64,000 bases of DNA from an uncultured Gemmatimonadales bacterium (lineage in GTDB: Bacteria > Gemmatimonadota > Gemmatimonadetes > Longimicrobiales > RSA9), in contig CAVUKA010000006.1 in the NCBI GenBank assembly GCA_963741945.1, positions 224,001 through 288,000 of the forward strand. Reading direction: 5' to 3'. Shown here piece by piece: positions 26,394 to 35,794 of the stretch (position 1 is the stretch's first letter; every line of letters starts with the position of its first letter). The position numbers and the translations under genes were made by a program. The notes under the pieces were generated by a model. The model was not told the DNA's origin, did no database searches, and worked only from the letters and a program-made list of their open reading frames with translations.

Positions 26394-26936
26394 TCAGTTC
26401 ATCGATGGATCGTACGGCATCCGCGACAGACGCCGGTACTCCGGGCCCTTCCGCTCGAGCACCCGCGCCCACAGCGTGTCCGGCGCATCCGTGAAGACGT
26501 CCTCCTCCCGCGCCGGATCGACGATCCAGGAGCCCGTCTCCATCTCCGCCTCGAGCTGACCCGGACCCCAGCCCGCGTGTCCCACGAACACGCGCGCGCG
26601 ACGCAGCACCGGGAGGACCTCCGGGGAGATGTCCCCGGTCAGGAAGCCCACCGTGCCGAACACCGGGACGTCGGCCAGGGCGGCGTGCGCCAGCTCGGCC
26701 AGCAGCACCGGCTCCCGCGGCTGGACCGGACCGCCCCGGTACACGAGCTCACCCGGGCCCGCCAACGCGCTCAGCGGCGGGAACGCCGCGGCCACCGGGA
26801 CGTCCAGCGGCCGGTTCAGCACCACGCCCAGCGCCCCGTCCTGATTGTGCTCGCCCACGAGCACCACCGTGTGGCGGAAGTTCGGATCGAAGAGGCCGCC
26901 GCCGGAGATCAGCAGCCGTCCGCGCAAGCTCTTCAT
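26394..26936 (-). CDS. YqgE/AlgH family protein (DUF179)
   Basis: DPNFRHTVV, GALGVVLNRP, YRGGPV, GHAGWGPGQLEAE, DPSMN. Confidence 0.93.
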   Translation of the reverse strand: MKSLRGRLLISGGGLFDPNFRHTVVLVGEHNQDGALGVVLNRPLDVPVAAAFPPLSALAGPGELVYRGGPVQPREPVLLAELAHAALADVPVFGTVGFLTGDISPEVLPVLRRARVFVGHAGWGPGQLEAEMETGSWIVDPAREEDVFTDAPDTLWARVLERKGPEYRRLSRMPYDPSMN

Positions 26937-27074
26937 GGCGACAAGTTTAGGCCCTGCGGCTCGTCACGGGCAAGCGTCCTGCTCCTTGCTTTGTAGCGCA
27001 AAGCGCTTTACTGTGCACGCGGCAACGCAGGCCGCTGTGGCCGCGCTGCCGCGTGCCCCGGACGGGTGGTGACC

Positions 27075-28958
27075 ATGACGGCATCGTGGGCGAGGCGGGC
27101 GGGCGGATACCTGGTGGACGCGCTGCGCGGTGTCCGCGAAGCTCCCATCGAGATGGTCGCCACGGCGACGGTGGCGGCGACGTTCTCGTGGGCGCTGGAG
27201 TCGCAGGGGTCCGGGACGGCGTTCCGTGCGTGGTGGGAGATCGCCGTGCCGTGTGCGCTGGTGCTGGTGATCGCCTGGACGGGGACGCTGCTGCACGCCA
27301 TGGGTCGCTGGGACGCGACCCGGCGCTGGGCGTTCACACTGGCCGGCGCGCTGGCGGTGGCGATCTACGCGTGGACGGTGGTGGATTTCCGGTACGAATC
27401 GGAAGCGTGGAGAGCCGGGCTGCTGCTGGCGGCCGCGGTGGCGTGGCTGGTTGCGCTCCCCGCGTTCGGGGGGCGAGGCCGGGGTGAAGCTGGCGGGGAG
27501 CGGATCGGGCGGATGCGTCGGGTGGGCGAGCGTTTCGCGCTGCGGGCGATCGGGGCGGTGCTTTACGGTGCGGTCCTGTTCGCCGGTCTGGCGCTGGCGC
27601 TGGCGGCCGTGGACAACCTGTTCGAGCTGGGCCTGGAGGAGCAGATCTACGGTCACGTCTGGGGGTGGATCGCGTTCGTGCTGATCCCGTGGATCGTGCT
27701 GGGCGGGCTGGACGACTACGTCCTTGCCGCGGACCGGGCCGAGGCGGACGCGATCCCGGCGACGTGGTCGGGGGTGAGTTCCGTCGCCTACCGCATCATC
27801 CTATGGCTGGTGCCGCCGCTGCTCGCGCTCTACACGCTCATCCTGTACGCGTACGCGGCCCGTATCCTGGTGACGGGGGAGCTCCCGAAGAACCTGGTCT
27901 CGCCGATGGTGCTGGCGGCGGGCGGGCTCGCGGCGCTGGCGCTCATCCTTTTCGATCCGCGGCCGGGGCGTGGCGGGCTGGCTCGCGGGCTCCGGCTCGC
28001 CCCCGCGCTGTTCCTCCCGCTGGCGCCGGTCGGCTATCGCGCGCTGCTGCTGCGCGTGGACCAGTACGGCTGGACGGAGTTCCGGGTGGTGCGCGTGGTC
28101 GTGCTGAGCGCGCTCGCGGCGCTGGCGATCGGGGCGACGGTCCAGCTGGTGCGACGCCGGGCGTTCTCACTCCACGCGGCGCCTCTCGTGCTCGCGGCCG
28201 TCTTCCTGCTGAGCGCCGTGGGCCCATGGAGCGCGCTGGCCATATCGCGGGACAGCCAGCAGGAGAGGCTGGCCGCGGCGCTGACGGAGGTGGGGGTGCC
28301 GCCCGGGGCGACGTCCGTCCGCGCAGCCGACCGGCCCCCGACCGGCGCAGGCCCCGACTCGGCGCACACCGTGCCCGCGGCCACGTACGAGCGGATCCGG
28401 GACAGCGCGCGCTATCTGTCCAGCCACTTCGGCCGCGAAGCGCTCCCCGGCGGTGTCGCCGGTTTCGCGCACGACCACCCCGGCAGCGTCGACTACGCGG
28501 CACAGCTCGGCCTCCGCCCGGATGCGCTCCCCGCGCGCGAAGGGCTGAGCGTCGGCGGCACGCTGTCGCGGGGTGCGCCGCTCCGGCTCGAGGGAGGGCT
28601 GGCGTACCGCGTCGAATGGACGAGGGGGCCCCGCGGGGAGGAGCGTCCCGGCGGGGCCGTCGAGCCCGCGGGCCGGAGCCCCATGACCGTGGCCGTGCGC
28701 GACGGCCAGCGCCTGGAGCTGAGCGTGGGGAGCGCACTCCTGACGGCGGACCTCGGCCCGCTCATCCGGGAGCTCGAGCGTACGGCGGACCCACGGGAGC
28801 CCGGGCGGCTGCCGCCGGATCGCGCGGTCGTGCCCCTGGTGGGCGGGAGCGGCGCCCGGGCCGGTGAGCTCGTGGTGTGGCAGATCTGGGCTCAAGCCGA
28901 TTCCGCGGGCTGGCGGCTCCAGCGAGTGGAGGCGCTGGCGGTGGTGGGCGCGAACTGA
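27075..28958 (+). CDS. DUF4153-like multi-pass membrane protein
   Basis: About 10 TM helices; LYTLILYAY, GELPKN, RVDQYGWTEFR, GPWSA..SRDSQ motifs. Start 27066 or 27075. Confidence 0.8.
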   Translation: MTASWARRAGGYLVDALRGVREAPIEMVATATVAATFSWALESQGSGTAFRAWWEIAVPCALVLVIAWTGTLLHAMGRWDATRRWAFTLAGALAVAIYAWTVVDFRYESEAWRAGLLLAAAVAWLVALPAFGGRGRGEAGGERIGRMRRVGERFALRAIGAVLYGAVLFAGLALALAAVDNLFELGLEEQIYGHVWGWIAFVLIPWIVLGGLDDYVLAADRAEADAIPATWSGVSSVAYRIILWLVPPLLALYTLILYAYAARILVTGELPKNLVSPMVLAAGGLAALALILFDPRPGRGGLARGLRLAPALFLPLAPVGYRALLLRVDQYGWTEFRVVRVVVLSALAALAIGATVQLVRRRAFSLHAAPLVLAAVFLLSAVGPWSALAISRDSQQERLAAALTEVGVPPGATSVRAADRPPTGAGPDSAHTVPAATYERIRDSARYLSSHFGREALPGGVAGFAHDHPGSVDYAAQLGLRPDALPAREGLSVGGTLSRGAPLRLEGGLAYRVEWTRGPRGEERPGGAVEPAGRSPMTVAVRDGQRLELSVGSALLTADLGPLIRELERTADPREPGRLPPDRAVVPLVGGSGARAGELVVWQIWAQADSAGWRLQRVEALAVVGAN

Positions 28959-28973
28959 GGGCTTGCGGCCGGG

Positions 28974-29002
28974 TTGCCGCCGTCCTTAGGTCCGCCTAAA
29001 CT
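28974..29002 (+). promoter_or_regulatory. Sigma70-like promoter overlapped by TTAGG-N4-CCTAA operator
   Basis: TTGCCG(28974)-N17-TAAACT(28997); palindrome TTAGGTCCGCCTAA at 28986-28999. Confidence 0.6.
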
Positions 29003-29093
29003 CGGTCATCGGTCCGCTGCGGGGACGGCGTGCACGCGCGCACTCCCGGGGGCGGTTCCGGGACTGTTCGATTCCAGGTCAGGAGGTCGCGCA

Positions 29094-29810
29094 ATGGAAG
29101 AAGTCGGCTGCGCTCGACCCACGGGAGGACCCGTCGGCGCCGCGCCGGCGGACGGGGAGGACGCGCTTCCGCAGTCAGCCACGCAGGAGGAGGCGAAGAT
29201 GATCAAGGTGGGCCAGAAGGCGCCGGACTTCACGGCACCCGCATATCACGAGGGGAAGTTCACGGCGGTTAAGCTGTCGGACTACCTCGGCGGGTGGATC
29301 GTCCTCTGCTTCTACCCGGGGGACTTCACGTTCGTCTGAGCGACGGAAGTGTCTGCGGTCGCAGACAAGCATGCAGTATTCCAGGAAATGGGCGTACAGG
29401 TGCTCTCCATGAGCACCGACAGTGTCTTCGTGCACAAGGTGTGGAACGAGGCGGAGCTGTCGAAGATGGTGGACGGCGGCGTTCCCTTCCCCATGCTCTC
29501 GGACGCCGGCGGCAAGGTGGGAGCCGTCTACGGCGTCTACGACGAAGCCGCGGGCGTGGACACGCGCGGGCGCTTCATCATCGACCCGGACGGCGTGGTG
29601 CAGGGCTTCGAGGTCCTCACCCCTCCGGTGGGGCGGAACGTGGCGGAGACGATCCGGCAGCTCCACGCCTTCCAGCTGGTGCGGGAGACCGGTGGTGCGG
29701 AGGCGACGCCCTCCGGCTGGCACCCGGGCAAGCCCACGCTGAAGCCGGGGCCGGACCTGGTCGGTCGGGTCTGGGAGGTCTGGAGCCCCCGTATGGAGGA
29801 GGAAGGCTGA
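29094..29810 (+). CDS. prxU: Selenocysteine-containing peroxiredoxin (AhpC/Prx1-like, PrxU type), 238 aa, Sec82 = TGA 29337-29339
   Basis: AGGAGG SD at 29081; ORFs 28974-29339 and 29349-29810 share a frame; reads [15 protein letters not shown] (PxxxTxxU); downstream [28 protein letters not shown] intact. Confidence 0.93.
29350..29367 (+). promoter_or_regulatory. Putative bacterial SECIS element
   Basis: Perfect 7-bp stem TGTCTGC-GGTC-GCAGACA after a 10-nt spacer from the TGA; loop begins with GG. Confidence 0.8.
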
Positions 29811-29814
29811 GGGA

Positions 29815-30558
29815 TCAGGGGAGCCGCGTGTAGCTGACGGTGATGCCCACCATGTAGCCGGTTCCTGCCTGGAAGATCCGTCGCAGCCCGAGGTGCACGT
29901 CGAGTCCCCGCACCCCGACCTGCTGCGCCGCCACCCCGACGCCGGTGAACACGGCGATCCCGGTGGACGGCGCGGCGGAGGAGCAGCGGATGTCCAGGAG
30001 GGCGCCGGGCGAGACGAACGCGGCCACGCGGACGGTCCGGAGCATCGCGATCGAGAACGGCGTGGAGAGGTCCACGGTGCATGCGTTCACCCCGGGGAGC
30101 ACCCCGGGCGCGTAGCCCACGCCGAGCACGGTGCCCAGTGTGCTCGTGGCCGTGTAGTCGCCGATCAGTCCGGCCAGCGTGGGTCCCGCCGTGATGACGT
30201 TCAGCCGCGCGCGGGCGCCGAACATGGCATGGCCGCCGCATTCGGACCCGGCGAGCTCGCAGTCGCGCTGGACGTACCCTGCCGTCACGCCGAATGTCGA
30301 CCCGCCGAGCCACTGCAGGTCGACGCCCGCGCCGTACGCCATGCGGAGCGGACCGCCCCCGCGCAGCTCGCCGACCACCAGCCGGCCGGCCCAGTAGCTC
30401 TTGTTCCGGGCGGCGGGCATGGGCAGCGCCAGCGGCGGGAGCGCGCCGACGGGGGTGGATCTCAGCCGTACGGCGCGCACGGAGGAAGACGCGTCCTGCG
30501 CTGCCGCCGGGGGCGCCAGCAGGAGGAGCGCGGCCGCGACCCACAGGCGCCTACTCAT
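29815..30558 (-). CDS. Secreted hypothetical protein, probable outer-membrane beta-barrel
   Basis: Signal peptide ending AAA-Q; Gly/aromatic amphipathic strands; ends GITVSY; overlaps upstream stop by 8 nt. Confidence 0.65.
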   Translation of the reverse strand: MSRRLWVAAALLLLAPPAAAQDASSSVRAVRLRSTPVGALPPLALPMPAARNKSYWAGRLVVGELRGGGPLRMAYGAGVDLQWLGGSTFGVTAGYVQRDCELAGSECGGHAMFGARARLNVITAGPTLAGLIGDYTATSTLGTVLGVGYAPGVLPGVNACTVDLSTPFSIAMLRTVRVAAFVSPGALLDIRCSSAAPSTGIAVFTGVGVAAQQVGVRGLDVHLGLRRIFQAGTGYMVGITVSYTRLP

Positions 30559-31630
30559 GGGGCTCCAGCCAGCGCGTGTAGACGAGCCCCCCCGCACCGT
30601 GACGGTCGTAGCGGAACACGCGCAACAGCACGCCCCGGGGCTTCAGGATGTCGAGGCGCATGAAGCCGAGGCTCTGCTGCGCCACGTAGTAGCTCTCCCT
30701 CATCCAGACCGCGCACGCCGTCTTCGAGCCCGCGCCGCTCACGAGCAGGTAGGGCAGCGTATGCCCGCTGCGCAGGACCTGCAGGACGTGCTCGTGCCCC
30801 GCGGCGTACACGAGTGGAGGATGGTCGGCGAAAGCGCTCGTGATCGAGTCACGCATCGTGCGGTTCGCCCTGGAGACGATGTCCTGGTTGCGCCCCCCGA
30901 AGCGGTGGAACGGTCCGCTCGGACCGCAGTACCCGCCGTGGGTTCCGCCTGTCATGAGCGGGTGGTGCCCGGCCACCACGGTGACCCGGTCCTCCCGCCC
31001 TGGCGCCGTCATCGCCCGCAGCTTCGCCGTGACCTCGCCCGGGTCCGAGGTGCAGTCGGACCGGGCGTCCCGGACAATGTAGTCGTGCAGCCACCACTGC
31101 GTGTCCAGCAGCACCAGGTGCAGCCGGCCCGTGTCCACCGCCACCGGCCCCGGGCAGCCGTTTGCGGGGAGCATCCGGATCGGGCGGCCGCCCGCGAGGG
31201 ACGCGAGCATCTCCTGCTCCAGCCGCACGGACCGGAGCCCGAACACTTCGCCGCTCGCCCAGTCGTGGTTGCCCGGGATGAAGATGGCACGCACGCCCGC
31301 CGGGACCGACCGGAGCTGCCCCCGCAGGCGACGCCGGGCGTCCGCCCGCTCCGCCGCACCCTCTTCCCGCGCCCCCACCGGCTGGATCCCGTCCGGGTAG
31401 ACGTTGTCGCCCAGGAACAGGATCAGCGACCGCTCTGGCGCTTCGGCCGCCTGGACCGCGAGCGAATCGAGCGGGGTGCTCAGCGCGCGGCGGGGATCCG
31501 GCTCGCCCGCGTCGCCCACCAGGAAGAGCGTCGTCTCGATGGACGACGGCTCCGGCTCGACCGGGCGCACGGCGCCGTGGCAGCCGGCGGCGGCGGCGAG
31601 GAGGAGGGTGATGGACAGGTGTGGGCGCAT
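30551..31630 (-). CDS. Metallophosphoesterase lipoprotein (calcineurin-like)
   Basis: Lipobox AAGC; VGDAG, GDNVYP, GNHD, GHHP, GHEH motifs. Confidence 0.9.
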   Translation of the reverse strand: MRPHLSITLLLAAAAGCHGAVRPVEPEPSSIETTLFLVGDAGEPDPRRALSTPLDSLAVQAAEAPERSLILFLGDNVYPDGIQPVGAREEGAAERADARRRLRGQLRSVPAGVRAIFIPGNHDWASGEVFGLRSVRLEQEMLASLAGGRPIRMLPANGCPGPVAVDTGRLHLVLLDTQWWLHDYIVRDARSDCTSDPGEVTAKLRAMTAPGREDRVTVVAGHHPLMTGGTHGGYCGPSGPFHRFGGRNQDIVSRANRTMRDSITSAFADHPPLVYAAGHEHVLQVLRSGHTLPYLLVSGAGSKTACAVWMRESYYVAQQSLGFMRLDILKPRGVLLRVFRYDRHGAGGLVYTRWLEPHE

Positions 31631-31741
31631 GGGTGTCGAATTCGGTGACCGTCCGGTCCGCTGCGCAGGTTGCGGACCAGCGCCGCGGCCCGGCCCGCGG
31701 TCGGCGGGTCAGTCCCGCTCCGTGCGAGGGGCGAGGCCCGG

Positions 31742-32956
31742 TCAGCCGAGCGGCGCGAGCTCCACCTTCACCCACCCCTGCTCCCGCCGGTCGAACGCTT
31801 CGAACGCCTCGATGGCGTCGCTGAGGGGCTCGAGCTGCGTGAGGATGCGCGACGGCTCGAACACGCCGCCGGCCACCATCTGGACCAGCTCCGGGATGTA
31901 CTTGCGGTGGTGGCAGTTCCCCATGTTCAGCGACAGGTTCCGGTTCATGGCCTCGCCGATCGGGAACGTGGTGGTCGTGCTGTCGTAGACCCCGATGATG
32001 GAGAACGTCCCGGCCTTGGCCACCGCCTTCACCCCCCAGCGCAGCACCTGGCTCGGCGCGTCCCCCGGCTTCCAGAGATCGCCGTCCGGATTGCGATCCG
32101 GGGCGTTCCGCTCCACTTCCTTCCGGAACTCCTCGGCGTGCTGCGCGGCTTTCTCCGCCGCAGGGCCCGCGTGGGCGTGCTCGGCGTCGATCCCCACCGC
32201 GTCGATCACGCGGTCGGCCCCGATCCCCCCGGTCAGCTCGCGGATCGTTTCGACCGGGTCCTCCTCGTCGAAGTTGATGACCTCCGCGCCCTGCTCACGG
32301 GCCATGTCCAGTCGGGATGGGACCGCGTCCACGGCCAGCACCCGGCCCGCGTCCATGAGGAGCGCGCTGGCGATGGCGAACTGGCCCACGGGCCCGCAGC
32401 CGAAGACGGCCACGGTGTCTCCGGGCTCGATCTCGGCCATGTCGGCTCCGAACCAGCCGGTGGGGAAGATGTCGGAGATGAGGATGGCGTCGTCGTCGCT
32501 CACGCGGTCCGGCAGCTTCACCAGCCCGACGTTGGCGAAGGGGATGCGGGCGAACTCGGCCTGGAGCCCGTCGAACGGACCGCTGGACGCGGGGCCGCCG
32601 AAGAACGCAGTGCCCGCCTGGGGGCCGTTGGGGTTCGCGTTGTCGCACTGCGCGTAGTAGCCCGCCCTGCAGTAGGAGCAGTAGCCGCACGCGATCGTGG
32701 ACGGGATCACCACGCGGTCGCCCGGAACCAGGTTCCGGACGCCGCGCCCCACCTCCTCAACCACCCCCACGCCCTCGTGGCCGAGGATCGTGCCCTCTCG
32801 CATCCCGGAGAGCGTGCCGCGTACCATGTGCAGGTCCGTTCCGCAGATGGCGCTCGCCGTGATCCGCACGATGGCGTCCGTCGGCTCCCGGATCTCCGGC
32901 TCCGCCACGTCCTCCATCCGGATGTCCCCGATCCCGTGCCAGACCACTGCCTTCAT
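31742..32956 (-). CDS. Zinc-dependent alcohol dehydrogenase (formaldehyde dehydrogenase-like, MDR family)
   Basis: MKAVVWHG; ICGTD, GHEGVG, CGYCSYC..C, SDIFPTG, GCGPVG; GGAGGG SD. Confidence 0.93.
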   Translation of the reverse strand: MKAVVWHGIGDIRMEDVAEPEIREPTDAIVRITASAICGTDLHMVRGTLSGMREGTILGHEGVGVVEEVGRGVRNLVPGDRVVIPSTIACGYCSYCRAGYYAQCDNANPNGPQAGTAFFGGPASSGPFDGLQAEFARIPFANVGLVKLPDRVSDDDAILISDIFPTGWFGADMAEIEPGDTVAVFGCGPVGQFAIASALLMDAGRVLAVDAVPSRLDMAREQGAEVINFDEEDPVETIRELTGGIGADRVIDAVGIDAEHAHAGPAAEKAAQHAEEFRKEVERNAPDRNPDGDLWKPGDAPSQVLRWGVKAVAKAGTFSIIGVYDSTTTTFPIGEAMNRNLSLNMGNCHHRKYIPELVQMVAGGVFEPSRILTQLEPLSDAIEAFEAFDRREQGWVKVELAPLG

Positions 32957-33184
32957 CGCGCCCTCCCGCTCGGTGATGGAAGGCGCCGACTTCCTGACCG
33001 CTCCGGAGTCGGCGCGCTGAGCGCCTGTGAAGGCGCAGCCCGCGTGCCAGCCCCCGCCGATCAGGGCGCAGCGCTGCACCGCCTCCACGTCACGGCGGGG
33101 GCGTGCCCCTTGTATCCCCCGGGCTTCCGCCGCATGCTCCGCGTGCGAGACCAGCACCCCCATCCTCCGGACGGAGCGCTCACA

Positions 33185-33703
33185 ATGCCGATCTCCAGCC
33201 GCGGTGCCGCCCTCATCGCCCTGACCAGCGGACTGCTCGCCGCCGGCGCCACGGCCGCGGCCATGAGGCGGCCGGAGCCTGCGGCTGCGCCCGCGTCCAG
33301 CCGGGCGCACCGCGTGCACGAGATGGGCGCCGCCGTGATGCCGTTCGCGCTCGACCGGACCACGCACGTGTTCGAGATGACGGTCGACGGCGGCATCCAG
33401 GACGTGGTGGCGAAGGACGCGGCCGACACGGCCACGATCCGGCTCATCCGGCAGCATCTCGGGCACGAGGCCGCACGGTTCGGACGGGGCGACTTCGAGG
33501 ACCCGATGGCGCTGCACGGAGCCGCGATGCCCGGCGTGCAGGATCTCGCGGCCGGAGCGGACCGCCTGGAGGTCGAGTATCAGCCGCTTCCCGACGGCGG
33601 CCGGATCACCTACCGAACTGCGGATCCGGCACTCGTGACGGCCGTGCACCGGTGGTTCGGCGCCCAGCTCTCCGACCACGCCGCCGACGCCACGTATCGC
33701 TGA
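33185..33703 (+). CDS. Secreted His/Met-containing hypothetical protein
   Basis: GGAG SD, signal peptide, VMPFALDRTTHVF, IRQHL, GDFEDPMALHG..MPG, HRWFGAQLSDH. Confidence 0.75.
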   Translation: MPISSRGAALIALTSGLLAAGATAAAMRRPEPAAAPASSRAHRVHEMGAAVMPFALDRTTHVFEMTVDGGIQDVVAKDAADTATIRLIRQHLGHEAARFGRGDFEDPMALHGAAMPGVQDLAAGADRLEVEYQPLPDGGRITYRTADPALVTAVHRWFGAQLSDHAADATYR

Positions 33704-33779
33704 CCTCGGCCGCGCGGACTCCCGGTTGGAGCTTCCGGGGCCGCGCATCGACACGGACCCCGGTGCCTGCGGGCGCGGC

Positions 33780-34307
33780 TCAGCCCACGGCCTTCTCCAC
33801 GAGCGCCTCGATCCTCGCCTCGACGGCAGGCGTCAGCTCCATCAACGCGAAGGACGTGGGCCACATGGCGTCCTCGTCGAGACCGGCCTTGTCGCTGAAG
33901 CCCAGCGTCGCATACCTCGCCTTGAACTTCTGCGCGCTCTGGAAGAAGCAGATCACGTCCCCGTCCTTCGCGTACGCCGGCATTCCGTACCACGTGCGGC
34001 ACGTGAGCTCCGGGGCGGCGGCCCGGATGAGCCCGTGGAGCCGCTCGGCCATGGCCCGGTCCCGGTCCGGCATCTCCGCGATCTTCGCCAGAACATCGGC
34101 CTCGCCGTCCGACTTCCCGCCGGCGCCGCCCCGGGCGGCCGCCCGGACCTCCCGCGCCCGCTCCTTCATCGCTGAGCGCTCCTCCGCGGTGAATGCGTCC
34201 TCGGCGCCGGACTTCTTCCCACGCTTCCCACTCTGCCCGCTCTGCCCGCTTTTCCCACTTTTCCCGCCCTCCCCGGCCGACTTCCGCGTGCCCTTCCCTG
34301 GACTCAT
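33780..34307 (-). CDS. DUF1801 (YdhG-like) domain protein
   Basis: [48 protein letters not shown]. Confidence 0.88.
   Translation of the reverse strand: MSPGKGTRKSAGEGGKSGKSGQSGQSGKRGKKSGAEDAFTAEERSAMKERAREVRAAARGGAGGKSDGEADVLAKIAEMPDRDRAMAERLHGLIRAAAPELTCRTWYGMPAYAKDGDVICFFQSAQKFKARYATLGFSDKAGLDEDAMWPTSFALMELTPAVEARIEALVEKAVG
34215..34268. repeat. Six imperfect 9-bp tandem units encoding (S/R/G)G(K/Q) repeats
   Basis: cttcccacg cttcccact ctgcccgct ctgcccgct tttcccact tttcccgcc. Confidence 0.85.
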
Positions 34308-34354
34308 CGATCCCCCTTCGCTCCGCGAGTTCCCGACACCGTCCCCGATCCCCG

Positions 34355-35716
34355 TCACGCCGCCTCCTGGCCGCCCCGGCGCCACCGCATGGCGCCATAC
34401 ACGGGCAGCCCAAGAACGAGCAGCAGGAAGCCCCAGTACACGGTGTCCCGCCCGGCTCCGATGATCGCCACGACGGAATACGCGAACGCCAGGGCGGCCA
34501 CCGCGAGGCGCACGACGCTCCGTCCGCCCGCCCCCTTTCGCAGCTCCAGCATCGCCGCGGTCGTGCTCGAGAAGATGTACGGCATCAGGGTGGAGAGGGT
34601 GGCGAGCAGGATCAGGAACGTGAACGTCTCCACCAGCCCGCGCGTGTAGTTCATCGCGATCAGCACGGTGGCCACGCCGCTCGAGAAGACGAGCCCCACG
34701 GCCGGCGTGCCGCGCGCGTTCAGCCGGTGCAGCGGGCGCGGAAGAAGGTGGTCCAGCGCCGCGGCGCGCGGCACCTGGCCCGAGATCAGGACCCACCCGT
34801 TCAGCGCGCCGAAGCACGACACCGCGGCGCCAGCGGCGATCAGGCCGCGGCCCCACCCGCCCCAGATCACGGCCGCGGCGTCGGCGAATGGAGCAGTGGA
34901 CTCCACGAGGTCAGCCGGCGCGATGATGCCCATCACCGCCACGGTCGTGATGATGTAGACGGCGGCGGCGATGAGCGTGCCGAGCAGGGTGGCCCTCGGG
35001 ATGGTCCGCGACGGATCCCTCACGTCGCCGGCCGGAACGGTGCCGGACTCCAGGCCGAGGAACGCCCACAGCGTGAGCGTCACCGTCGCCATCACGGCAC
35101 CGAGGGGGCTATCCCCGGACGGGTTGAACGGGACGAAATGCTGGGGCCGGAACGCGAAGAACCCGAACAGCGCCACGGCCACCAGCGGGAGGAGCTTCAG
35201 CACCGTCGTCGCAAGCTGGACCCGCCCCGCCTGGCGCACCCCCATCAGGTTGACGCCCGTGAGAAGCCACAGCGTGCCGATCGCCGCCACGGCACCGGCC
35301 ATCCCGGACGTCCCGAGCGCTGGCAGGAAGACCGTGGAGTAGCTGACGAACGCCACGGCCAGCGCAGCATTCGTCGTCCACACGGAGATCCAGTACGCCC
35401 ACGCCACCCAGAAGCCCCCGAAGTCGCCGAACCCCTCGCGGGCGTAAGCATACGGACCCCCCAGCCGGGGGAGCGCCGCCCCGAGCCAGGCGAACACGAG
35501 CGCCAGACACACCGCGCCGCCCGCGCTCACCAGCCACCCCACGATGCTGATCCCGCCGTACCGAGCCAGCGACGACGGCAGCAGGAAGACGCCCGAGCCG
35601 ATCATGTTCCCCACGACAAGCGCCGTGCACACCCAGAGCCCCAGCCCCGCGCCGCGCGCGGCCGCGGATCCGCTGTCGGCGGGCTCCGCGCTTGGACGAG
35701 TCGCGGGTCGGGTCAT
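34355..35716 (-). CDS. APC family amino acid permease (AdiC/PotE-like)
   Basis: [33 protein letters not shown]; about 12 TM helices. Confidence 0.93.
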   Translation of the reverse strand: MTRPATRPSAEPADSGSAAARGAGLGLWVCTALVVGNMIGSGVFLLPSSLARYGGISIVGWLVSAGGAVCLALVFAWLGAALPRLGGPYAYAREGFGDFGGFWVAWAYWISVWTTNAALAVAFVSYSTVFLPALGTSGMAGAVAAIGTLWLLTGVNLMGVRQAGRVQLATTVLKLLPLVAVALFGFFAFRPQHFVPFNPSGDSPLGAVMATVTLTLWAFLGLESGTVPAGDVRDPSRTIPRATLLGTLIAAAVYIITTVAVMGIIAPADLVESTAPFADAAAVIWGGWGRGLIAAGAAVSCFGALNGWVLISGQVPRAAALDHLLPRPLHRLNARGTPAVGLVFSSGVATVLIAMNYTRGLVETFTFLILLATLSTLMPYIFSSTTAAMLELRKGAGGRSVVRLAVAALAFAYSVVAIIGAGRDTVYWGFLLLVLGLPVYGAMRWRRGGQEAA

Positions 35717-35794
35717 GGGCACGCTCCGGAGGGGATGGGATCGGGAAGGGGGCGTCCCCACGCTAGGGCGCGGCCCCCCGCACCGCAATCCCGC

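Noticed and set aside
29094-29810. Peroxiredoxin pseudogene or two separate genes
   Set aside because: The only stop is a TGA at the catalytic residue, with a SECIS-like hairpin and no other lesions; Sec recoding explains it better.
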